NCBI GenBank assembly: GCA_024653215.1
Contig: JANLFU010000007.1
Span: 26,848-90,847, forward strand
Source: Candidatus Saccharicenans sp.
Lineage (GTDB): Bacteria; Acidobacteriota; Aminicenantia; Aminicenantales; Saccharicenantaceae
DNA: 64,000 bases
Direction of reading: 5' to 3'
The notes below the pieces were generated by a model. It did not search any database. It worked only from the letters and a program-made list of their open reading frames with translations, and was not told the origin of the DNA. Position numbers and translations under genes: made by a program. Shown here in pieces: positions 56,296 to 64,000 of the stretch (its first letter is position 1; each line of letters opens with the position of its first letter).

Positions 56296-57599
56296 TGAAG
56301 TTCTCCTTTTCTCTGCGCTTCAGGATTCATTTTTCTCCGGGAATAGAAATAAAAATAAAGGGCTTCCAGGAAGGCCATCACCGCCGCCAGGACCATGGCC
56401 GGCCGGGCCAGTCCGGCCACTATCAAAATAAAAGCGGCGGTTGAAAAAAAATCGCGGCGGTAGATAAAGGCCAGGCTGGCCGCCAGGCGGTCAATAGCCG
56501 TCTGAAACTGGGGCAGGTTCCGGCTGGCTTCAACTTCTTTGACCACAGCCACGATATTATAACCGAGTCCAGTCTTCCTGGCATAGTTAATGAGCTGCAG
56601 GTAAAAGGTCACCATGGAGGCCAGGGCAAAGGCTCCAAGGTAGAGCCAGATTTTTTCACCGTAAGTCCGGTAAAGCCCGACCGGCAGGGCCACAAAAAAC
56701 GAAACAAAGGTTACGGCGTCAGCGGTGATATCCAGGGCCTGTCCGGTCCTGGTCATCCTGTAGGTCAGGCGGGCGTTTTCCCCGTCGCAGCCATCTATTA
56801 TTGAAGCCAGTTCGAAGAGTATTCCCCCCGGTACCAGTAACTGCTGGCCGTAGCCCACAAAAAATACACTCAGAAGACCCACAGCAAAGGTTATAATGCT
56901 CTGGGCTATGGGGTGGATATTAAGATAAAGAAAATATTTTGTCAGAAACAGGGAAATCCGTCGGTTTATCAACCTGGCCACCAGCCCGTCCTGGGGCTTG
57001 CGGGCGGTCTGAAGCAACAACTTCCGGGCCCGGATAAAACTTTTTCTATCTTTCACGGCCACGGCAAATCCGGCCAGCCATACTACAGAGGCTTCACCCT
57101 TCTCGGTCCCGACCTCAATTTCGCCAATGGCTTTGCCCGCCAACAGCTGGCTTAAAACCAGATTACCCCCGGCCCCGGAGCGAACCACCAGCAGCCCGGA
57201 ACAGGGTTGATGGTGACCCGCCTTGTCCTGAAGTTCTATCCTGACCAAGGGCCGGTCCAGGCCTTCAAGGTTTTCCGCCAGCCTGAAAAAGATAGTTGGG
57301 TCAAGGACCAGGTTATCTTCAATGAACAAAAGAGAATCATCCCTGGACGGAGCCTGCAACTCGCTCCCGAGCAAATCCTGACTTAAAACCTTGAAACGGA
57401 TATTCCGGTCAAGCACTCTCCGGTCAGAGGAAAGTTCAAAGACGGCCTTTTGCGCTTCGGCCCTGTCGGGGTGAAAAAGCCAGAACTCGCCCCACCCGGC
57501 CTGGCTGGCATTCAAGATCAGGCGTTGCCTCAGGGTAAGGCCCAGCATTTTTTTCTGCCCGGCCTGAGTTAGAATTAGTACTGCTTTTCTGCCTGACAT
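56292..57599 (-). CDS. CDP-alcohol phosphotransferase with degenerate N-terminal nucleotidyltransferase-like domain (copy A)
   Basis: DGCDGENAR...GQALDITAD; K.QDG.VAR.INRRIS (DIPPS-like); GGAGG RBS before ATG 57599. Confidence 0.85.
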   Translation of the reverse strand: MSGRKAVLILTQAGQKKMLGLTLRQRLILNASQAGWGEFWLFHPDRAEAQKAVFELSSDRRVLDRNIRFKVLSQDLLGSELQAPSRDDSLLFIEDNLVLDPTIFFRLAENLEGLDRPLVRIELQDKAGHHQPCSGLLVVRSGAGGNLVLSQLLAGKAIGEIEVGTEKGEASVVWLAGFAVAVKDRKSFIRARKLLLQTARKPQDGLVARLINRRISLFLTKYFLYLNIHPIAQSIITFAVGLLSVFFVGYGQQLLVPGGILFELASIIDGCDGENARLTYRMTRTGQALDITADAVTFVSFFVALPVGLYRTYGEKIWLYLGAFALASMVTFYLQLINYARKTGLGYNIVAVVKEVEASRNLPQFQTAIDRLAASLAFIYRRDFFSTAAFILIVAGLARPAMVLAAVMAFLEALYFYFYSRRKMNPEAQRKGELQ

Positions 57600-57662
57600 T
57601 TTTCCTCCGCTGGCTTGCTTAAGGCTCCGGAAGCCCTGCTGGCTGCCGGACAAACCGAAAAT

Positions 57663-58391
57663 TTAATACCAGTCAACTCCAGTCTTCAGGAAACTTTCGG
57701 CCCTGTCCAGGGCCTTCGGGTCGTCAACATCAATCCAGAATCTGCCGCCGATATCTGCGGCCCTGGCCTGGCCCCGGGCCGCCAGGATTCTAACTCCCGC
57801 GGACAGGCTGAAATCCCCGGCCCTCTTCTGGCTTTCCTCCAAGGCTTCAAACAGCACCGGCTGGCAGAGAAAAACACCCGTGTCAAAGGCATTGTAGTCC
57901 TCAAGACCCTTGCCGATATTTTTGATCTTTCCGTTTTCGACCTTGACCCGGGTCACGTCATTCAGGTCAGCATACGGGTGATTCTTAACCCGGGAATCAA
58001 CGGCCAGAATAATTTCATCCTGCTTAAGCTCCGCCCGCTGCAGGAGGTCCAATATAGCCGGGTCAAAAATGTGGTCGGACATCAGCAGGAAGAAAGGCTC
58101 TTTGATGAGCGGCCTGGCCCTGACAACGGACAGTCCGTTTTCCTTCTGCCACTGGTCGTTGTAAAGCAGGGTCAGGCTTACTTCACCGGGTGGGAAAGCA
58201 GTCCTGAGATGTTCTTCCAGCCTTTCCCGGTTATGACCGGTAACTACTATCACCTCTTTAATCCCCGTCTTCTGCAGCCCACCGATGACCCAGTCGATGA
58301 GCGGCTGCCGGCAGACCGGAAGCAGCGGCTTTGAGGCGCACAGGCCCGATAGCCTCTGGCCCTGGCCGGCAGCGATGATCAGGGCTTTCAA
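57663..58391 (-). CDS. inositol-1-phosphate cytidylyltransferase (IPCT)-like NTP transferase
   Basis: IIAAGQGQRL, KPL, WQKENGLS, LLMSDH, DTGVF, WIDVD; TTG start with AAGGAG RBS. Confidence 0.82.
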   Translation of the reverse strand: MKALIIAAGQGQRLSGLCASKPLLPVCRQPLIDWVIGGLQKTGIKEVIVVTGHNRERLEEHLRTAFPPGEVSLTLLYNDQWQKENGLSVVRARPLIKEPFFLLMSDHIFDPAILDLLQRAELKQDEIILAVDSRVKNHPYADLNDVTRVKVENGKIKNIGKGLEDYNAFDTGVFLCQPVLFEALEESQKRAGDFSLSAGVRILAARGQARAADIGGRFWIDVDDPKALDRAESFLKTGVDWY

Positions 58392-58516
58392 GTCCGTTCT
58401 CCTTATTCTAACTCTGCGTTTGCAGAAGTGCTGTCAGGTTAGCTAATTCTAATTTAAGAGAAAAGCCTTGTCCAGAGATATATAATCTGGCTCGCCCTGT
58501 AGTGGCACTGAAACCT

Positions 58517-59317
58517 TCAGTCCAGCGGGCGGTACTCGAGGTAATCTTCTTCTACCAGCCTTCGGATGGACTTAAAGAGAAAGCGACCATATATTTTCAT
58601 TTTAATCTTTCTCATGACCAGCCTCTCCTGCCAGAGGTCGAGGTCCACTTCCAGCAGGAATTCGCGGACAAAGGCCGGCGCCTTGACCGGTGTAATCTCA
58701 ACCCGTCGCAGGTCGTATGAGTCCCGGCTGATGAAAAAAAGACCTTCAAAGAGAAAGTCCTTCTTCTCCCTGGCCCTGGCCTCCACCAGGTAGACCGGGT
58801 GGCCGTTGACCTCGGATTCGCCTTTCAGCCGAAAATCATAGCGGCTTCTGTTCTTATCGCTAAAGGGAATCAGGTCCTCCAGTCGGAGGGTCAGCCCGGA
58901 GTCAGGCTGGCGGTCTGAGGCCTCGGCTTTTTCTCTCTCTTCTCTCACTCTGTTCAGCCTTTCCAGTCTCTGCTGGCGGTACTTTTCGGTTATATCCCTG
59001 GTTCGACCCTTCTCTATTTCAACAGCTTCCAGGATGTCTTCGTCCACCAGGCCACCGTCAAACTTCATCCACTTGGTAACCCGCCTCACCTTCTCCGTTT
59101 GCCAGTGACGGTCAACACTGGCCTGGGAAGAGACCACCAGGGCCTGCCAGCGGCCGAAGTCCGGGTAGGAAGTCAACCTCTGGTAGGCTCTCTCCACGAC
59201 CTGGTCAACCGACAATTCAGGCGTGGTTTGTGCCCGAAGAACCAGGGCGAGGCCCAGGAGAAACAAAAGGCCCGTCAACTTTTTACACGCTGGAGAGAAT
59301 TGTTTATTGTTTATCAC
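58517..59317 (-). CDS. secreted hypothetical protein (beta-rich; possibly LolA/RseB-like fold)
   Basis: GAGGTG RBS with GTG 59317; signal peptide; YDF.L.G....G.PVY.V...G..FI....Y pattern. Confidence 0.65.
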   Translation of the reverse strand: MINNKQFSPACKKLTGLLFLLGLALVLRAQTTPELSVDQVVERAYQRLTSYPDFGRWQALVVSSQASVDRHWQTEKVRRVTKWMKFDGGLVDEDILEAVEIEKGRTRDITEKYRQQRLERLNRVREEREKAEASDRQPDSGLTLRLEDLIPFSDKNRSRYDFRLKGESEVNGHPVYLVEARAREKKDFLFEGLFFISRDSYDLRRVEITPVKAPAFVREFLLEVDLDLWQERLVMRKIKMKIYGRFLFKSIRRLVEEDYLEYRPLD

Positions 59318-59848
59318 CAAAAACCACCTCGGCCAAACTTTTAACGGGGCAACTGCCTTCAAACCGGGGGGAATTGTGGGTTGTTGATCATCAAATACCA
59401 CCCCGGACAAGCTTTCGACTGACTGTCCTGGCCCGGATCTATCAGTTCATTATACCAGATAAGCAGAAGGCTCCTAATAAAAGACCTGGGCCAGAAATCT
59501 GGCGGCGAAAAAAATATCGGCCGACAACCGGTCGCCGGCCCGTGGCCCCGATCCCGCCTCCCCTAACTGCCCGGAACATTTCCAACCCGGCCAGCGATAA
59601 GATATTTTCAGGAGAAAAGCAGCCAGGGCAAAATAGCCAAGACCCGGCCAGGACTCGCCTTGACCCAATCACTATCAAGGCCACCAGGCCGCGAAGAGGC
59701 TTTTCCCCGGGAACAAGGGTAAATAAAACACCCGGGTGCTGGCTCCGCTTTACTGCTTCTTCCTCGCTCTTGCTTTTAAAACCAAATTAAAGTATCTAAT
59801 AGAAAGGATATTCAGCCCAAGCCGATGAAAAAAAGGAGGGTTAATTCC

Positions 59849-60502
59849 ATGAAAAAGAACCGGCGCTGGCTGCTTTTTATAACTGCCTTTTTACTGGTAA
59901 GCGGCCTGGTGACCTCTCCACTCCGGGCCCAGTTTCATTTCGGCGCCAAGGGCGGGTTAACCCTGGGCCAGCTCAAATCAGTTCCCGAGACTTTCCTGGA
60001 AGGCTTTCCCTGGAAGACCAAGAGAGGCTGGGTTGGCGGCGTTTTTGCCAGCTTTGAGTTCCTGCCGGGCGTATCCATCCAGCCGGAGGTGCTCTACATT
60101 CAGAAAGGAGCCCGCCTGGTGGACCCGGAATACGATTTCCAGGCCCGTTTCAACTTCGATTACTTTGAAGTTCCTGTCCTGTTAAAAATAAACCTGTCCC
60201 TGGAAGGGGCGGCGGCTGTCCCGTCCATTTTCCTCGGCCCGTTTTTTGGTTTCAACCAGAAGGCCACCATTGTCATGGTTGACCCTTACAGCAAGGAAAC
60301 TGAAGACATCAAGTCGGACGTCCAGAAAGCGGAATACGGAATTACGTTCGGGCTCATGTTTACCCAGAAGTGGGGACCGGGGTATTTTTCCGTAGATGCC
60401 CGTTACGACCTGGGCCTGACCAACATCCTGAAACCGGGCGTGGAGTGGATGCAAAGCATCAAGACCCGGACCTGGGTGTTCATGATTGGTTACTCGTACT
60501 GA
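59849..60502 (+). CDS. outer-membrane beta-barrel (porin family, PorT-like) protein
   Basis: Signal peptide; FGAKGG, SIQPEVLYIQKG, Y.EVPVLLK, DARY.LGL; C-terminal aromatic GYSY. Confidence 0.85.
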   Translation: MKKNRRWLLFITAFLLVSGLVTSPLRAQFHFGAKGGLTLGQLKSVPETFLEGFPWKTKRGWVGGVFASFEFLPGVSIQPEVLYIQKGARLVDPEYDFQARFNFDYFEVPVLLKINLSLEGAAAVPSIFLGPFFGFNQKATIVMVDPYSKETEDIKSDVQKAEYGITFGLMFTQKWGPGYFSVDARYDLGLTNILKPGVEWMQSIKTRTWVFMIGYSY

Positions 60503-60871
60503 CCGGGTGTCATTCTCTATCAATATCCCCGGTCGACGGCCCGTGGGCAAAACTTTCTGAATATGCGGCAATAAAAAGCGTCCTGACGGGATTTTTTCGT
60601 TTTCTGTTTTCTTACACTTGACACCTCAATCTTTCCCGTCCCTGACACTGTCAATATCAAGGAAAATCTTAAAAGCTTTAGGGTCGGGTCATCCTTTTTT
60701 CCTTAAATGTTCTTTGGGCAAGGGTTCCCCACCTGCCCGGCCCCTATCCCTATCCTTGGACAAAGGTCACGCCGCTTCCATATACCACACCATAGACTGG
60801 ATCACATGTTTTAACCGGAAAGAAGGCCCCGAATTGACAGCCCGCGGGGCTTTATAGTAGATAAGATATGT

Positions 60872-60961
60872 TCTGTCAGGGGTGCCTTCGGCATCTTCAA
60901 ACGAAGGCTGAGAGCAAACCCTCAGAACCTGAACTGGGTAATGCCAGCGTAGGGAGACAGA
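60872..60961 (+). ncRNA. TPP riboswitch (THI element)
   Basis: GGGGTGC...GCTGAGA..ACCC..GAACCTGA.C.GG.TAATGCC.GCGTAGGGA; P1 TCTGTC/GACAGA; upstream of thiM. Confidence 0.95.
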
Positions 60962-61024
60962 GTCTTCAGGGTCCAGAACTCAGCCTCACCGGACAGAATC
61001 AACCTGGCTCAGGAGGTAGAGGCC

Positions 61025-61825
61025 ATGTTTTCAGCTCAGACCGTCATCCGGGACCTGGAAAACATCCGTCGCCGGGCCCCGCTCGTTCATAACATCACCA
61101 ACTTCGTGGTCATGAACCTGACGGCCAACGCCCTGCTGTCGATTGGCGCCTCGCCGGTCATGGCTCACGCCGTGGAAGAGGTGGAGGAAATGGTCGGCCT
61201 GGCTTCGGCCCTGGTCATAAACATAGGCACCCTCAGCCGGCACTGGGTGGAGGCCATGGGCAGGGCCATCCGGGCGGCCGAAAAGAAAAAAATTCCGGTG
61301 GTGCTGGACCCGGTGGGAGCCGGGGCCACTTCCTTCAGGACGGCCACGGCCCGCCAGCTTCTGGAGTCGGGACCGGTGGCCATCATTCGCGGCAATGGTT
61401 CTGAAATCCTGGCCCTGGTGAATTCAGGAACCAGAACCAAGGGTGTCGATAGCCTGGAGGGCCCGGAAGCGGCGGTCGAGGCCGGGCGGCAACTTTCCCA
61501 CCAGTATGGCTGCGCGGTCAGCATCAGCGGCCCGACTGACATAGTGGTGAGGAACGGAGAAACCATCAGGGTCGAGAATGGCCATCCGCTGATGCCCCGG
61601 GTTACCGGCCTGGGCTGCACCGCCTCGGCCCTGACCGGAGCCTTTGCCGCCGTGAATCCTGACAGCCTGGAAGCGGCCGCCGGGGCCATGGCCGTCATGG
61701 GCATCTGCGGGGAACTGGCCGCCGGGCAGGCCCGGGGACCGGCCAGCTTTGAACTTCATTTCCTGGACTGGCTGCATCTTATCGGCGAAAAAGAAATAAA
61801 AGAAAGGTTGAAAATTATTCTCTGA
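61025..61825 (+). CDS. thiM: hydroxyethylthiazole kinase
   Basis: PLVHNITN.V, GASPVMA, INIGT, LDPVGAGA, RGNGSEI, VTGLGC. Confidence 0.96.
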   Translation: MFSAQTVIRDLENIRRRAPLVHNITNFVVMNLTANALLSIGASPVMAHAVEEVEEMVGLASALVINIGTLSRHWVEAMGRAIRAAEKKKIPVVLDPVGAGATSFRTATARQLLESGPVAIIRGNGSEILALVNSGTRTKGVDSLEGPEAAVEAGRQLSHQYGCAVSISGPTDIVVRNGETIRVENGHPLMPRVTGLGCTASALTGAFAAVNPDSLEAAAGAMAVMGICGELAAGQARGPASFELHFLDWLHLIGEKEIKERLKIIL

Positions 61826-62050
61826 GAAAAACGGGAGCTTTTTATAAACGGTAAAAAGCGTGGGAGAAAATTTGGCCAGCAACTTAAAATGCATAGAGGG
61901 ACATGACTTGTATTTCATTTCCGGATACCCGTTCCACCAGGTGCATCCAGGTCATAATAAGTCAGGCCCGGAGACTGGAAAGCCCCTGGCTCCTGGAAAA
62001 GATTCCGGGACAGAATAATAATTTGTGGTTAAGGGCGGTAGGAATAATAT

Positions 62051-62728
62051 ATGGCAGTCACAGCAAAATCTGATCAGCTCAGGAAGCCAGCCAGGCCGGT
62101 TGACCTGAGCCTTTACCTGGTCACCGACCGCCGCCTGGCCGGAAATCGTCCTCTGACCGAGGTGGTAAGACAGGCCGTGGCTGGAGGGGTAACTGTCGTC
62201 CAGCTCAGAGAAAAAGACTGTTCGTCGCGGGAATACCTGGAGCTGGCCCTGGAGCTGAAAAAGATTCTGCCGCCCCGAATCCCCCTGCTAATAAACGACC
62301 GGCTGGACTTGGCCCTGGCCGCCGGAGCGGATGGGGTCCATCTGGGACAGAACGACCTTCCGGCCAAAATTGCCAGGAAATATCTCGGTCCCCGGGCCAT
62401 CATCGGGCTCTCGGTGGAAAACCTGGAACAGTTAGAGGCGGCCAAAAACCTGCCGGTTGATTACCTGGCCATCAGCCCGGTCTTTTCCACGCCCACCAAG
62501 ACTGACACCGGCCCGGCCTGGGGCCTGGAAGGGCTGGCCCGGGCCCGGAAGTTGACTGCCCTGCCGCTGGTGGCCATAGGCGGAATTAACGAGCAAAATG
62601 CGGTCGAGGTGATCAGGGCCGGGGCTGACGGCCTGGCCGTCGTCTCGGCCATCTGTGCTGCAGCCCACCCCGAACGGGCCGCCCGGAGGCTGCGGGCCCT
62701 GATAGATGAAGCCAGGCGGGTAAAGTAA
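62051..62728 (+). CDS. thiE: thiamine-phosphate synthase
   Basis: LYLVTD, VQLREK, INDR.D.A, GVHLGQ.D, TPTK, VAIGGI. Confidence 0.96.
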   Translation: MAVTAKSDQLRKPARPVDLSLYLVTDRRLAGNRPLTEVVRQAVAGGVTVVQLREKDCSSREYLELALELKKILPPRIPLLINDRLDLALAAGADGVHLGQNDLPAKIARKYLGPRAIIGLSVENLEQLEAAKNLPVDYLAISPVFSTPTKTDTGPAWGLEGLARARKLTALPLVAIGGINEQNAVEVIRAGADGLAVVSAICAAAHPERAARRLRALIDEARRVK

Positions 62729-62931
62729 AATATGAGAGCGGTCAAGGGCCCCTGGTCAAATTTTAAGGCCGGGGAATGACCGAGAAATGAAACCTAGCCA
62801 GTACGGAAGGGGAAGAAAAGCAAATTAAGAAGAAATAAAGTAAATTATGAAGATCACGCGCAATGCCAGCAGAGGAAGAATCATGATGATGCATACTCAG
62901 AGCGGCCGGCAACCCGGCGCTGGAGAATAAT

Positions 62932-63966
62932 ATGCAAAACGGAAAAAAACTGAGAATTGAAGACCTGGGCGAGTTCGGTTTTATCGCCCGCTTCTCGCGC
63001 CATTTCCTGAAAAAGCTACCTCCCGGAGTGCTGGGTATAGGAGATGACTGCGCCGTCATTCCCTGGAAAGGCCGGAAGAAGCTCCTGGTAACCACCGACC
63101 TGCTGATCGACGGAGTCCATTTCCTGAAAGACAGGATTTCTGCCCTCGACCTTGGCTACAAGTCACTGGCCGTAAACCTGAGCGACATCGCGGCCATGGG
63201 AGGGAATCCGCGCTGGGCTTTTTTATCGATAGCCATTCCGGCTGAAACCGAAATCGCCTGGCTGGATGAATTTTTCCGGGGCTGGAGGCAACTGGCCAGA
63301 AGAACCGGGGTCGATCTCCTGGGTGGAGACACCACCAAATCCAGGGGTGGCCTGGTCCTCAACGTGGTCATCCTGGGAGAAGCCGATGGAAAGCACCTCA
63401 GGTACCGTTCCTCTGCCCGGCCGGGTGATATTGTGGCGGTCACCGGCAACCTGGGAGACTCCGAGGGCGGCCTCAGGCTGATTCTCAAGGGGGAAGAGAA
63501 AGGCAGGATAAAACCCGAGGAAAAATACCTCATCCGGCGTCACTACCGACCGCGGCCCCATCTCGAGGAAGGCCGGTTTCTGGCCGGGCAGCCCGAGGTC
63601 CGGGCCATGATGGATGTTTCCGACGGAATCGACTCCGACCTGAGAAGGATAATGGAACGTTCGGACTGCGGAGTGAGGGTTTTCCTGGAGCAGCTTCCGA
63701 TTTCGCCGGCCCTCAAGAAATGCGCCAGCCGCTACCACTGGAACCTGGATGAAGTGGCGGTAGCCGGAGGCGAGGATTACTGCCTGCTGCTGACGGTCGC
63801 CCCGGAAAAATTCACCGGCCTGGCCGAGAAATTCTTCCGCCGCTTCGGGCGCCCACTGCCGGCCATCGGCCAGATTGCCGGTGAAAAAAACCGGCTGCGT
63901 TACTTTCGGGACGGCCACCAGGTTGAGCTTAAAAAATCCGGATACGATCATTTCAGGACCGAGTGA
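62932..63966 (+). CDS. thiL: thiamine-monophosphate kinase
   Basis: GEFGFI, GIGDDCA, NLSDIAAMGG.P, GGDT, DVSDG, GGEDY, GYDHF. Confidence 0.96.
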   Translation: MQNGKKLRIEDLGEFGFIARFSRHFLKKLPPGVLGIGDDCAVIPWKGRKKLLVTTDLLIDGVHFLKDRISALDLGYKSLAVNLSDIAAMGGNPRWAFLSIAIPAETEIAWLDEFFRGWRQLARRTGVDLLGGDTTKSRGGLVLNVVILGEADGKHLRYRSSARPGDIVAVTGNLGDSEGGLRLILKGEEKGRIKPEEKYLIRRHYRPRPHLEEGRFLAGQPEVRAMMDVSDGIDSDLRRIMERSDCGVRVFLEQLPISPALKKCASRYHWNLDEVAVAGGEDYCLLLTVAPEKFTGLAEKFFRRFGRPLPAIGQIAGEKNRLRYFRDGHQVELKKSGYDHFRTE

Positions 63967-64000
63967 AGTCACCTGTTTCGCCTTTACTGATAACGCTACC

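Noticed and set aside
60834-60867. TTGACA promoter for the TPP leader
   Set aside because: The -35 is perfect, but the best -10 hexamers sit at 13- or 22-nt spacing, so no confident call.
172-63972. Many long antisense ORFs (for example 35358..36326, 40509..41594, 30150..30989, 24089..24823, 63223..63972)
   Set aside because: They lie opposite well-supported genes, show no motifs, and are expected from GC-rich codon bias.

Overview
Gene-dense, GC-rich bacterial chromosome segment, probably from a diderm anaerobic fermenter (possibly Aminicenantes/Acidobacteriota-like; the taxonomy is a guess). It holds about 50 credible CDS. I saw no rRNA, tRNA, CRISPR array or intact mobile element. Housekeeping and metabolic content: buk-ptb, GH29 fucosidase, a TPAT-type TRAP transporter, MFS/SSS/APC/Pit/GltS transporters, a stand-alone EF-G paralog with a RecA/KaiC-like ATPase, an M16 peptidase pair, a PrpB-like lyase with a LeuCD-like hydro-lyase, an AOR-family oxidoreductase, pyrE, bfr, truD, ispD and TPP-riboswitch-thiM-thiE-thiL. 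Three loci stand out. (1) 41.8-49.0 kb is a divergent chaperone-usher-like fibre locus: four paralogous Cys-free subunits, a chaperone and an atypical usher-like protein. It has two sigma54 promoters, candidate enhancer and IHF sites, an internal terminator and an adjacent sigma54 activator with a pseudo-receiver domain. (2) A Maf pyrophosphatase is fused to an RlmD m5U methyltransferase near truD and pyrE. (3) A duplicated cytidylyltransferase / CDP-alcohol phosphotransferase cluster may make an unusual phosphodiester solute or lipid headgroup. All calls come from motif reading by eye; no database search was run.
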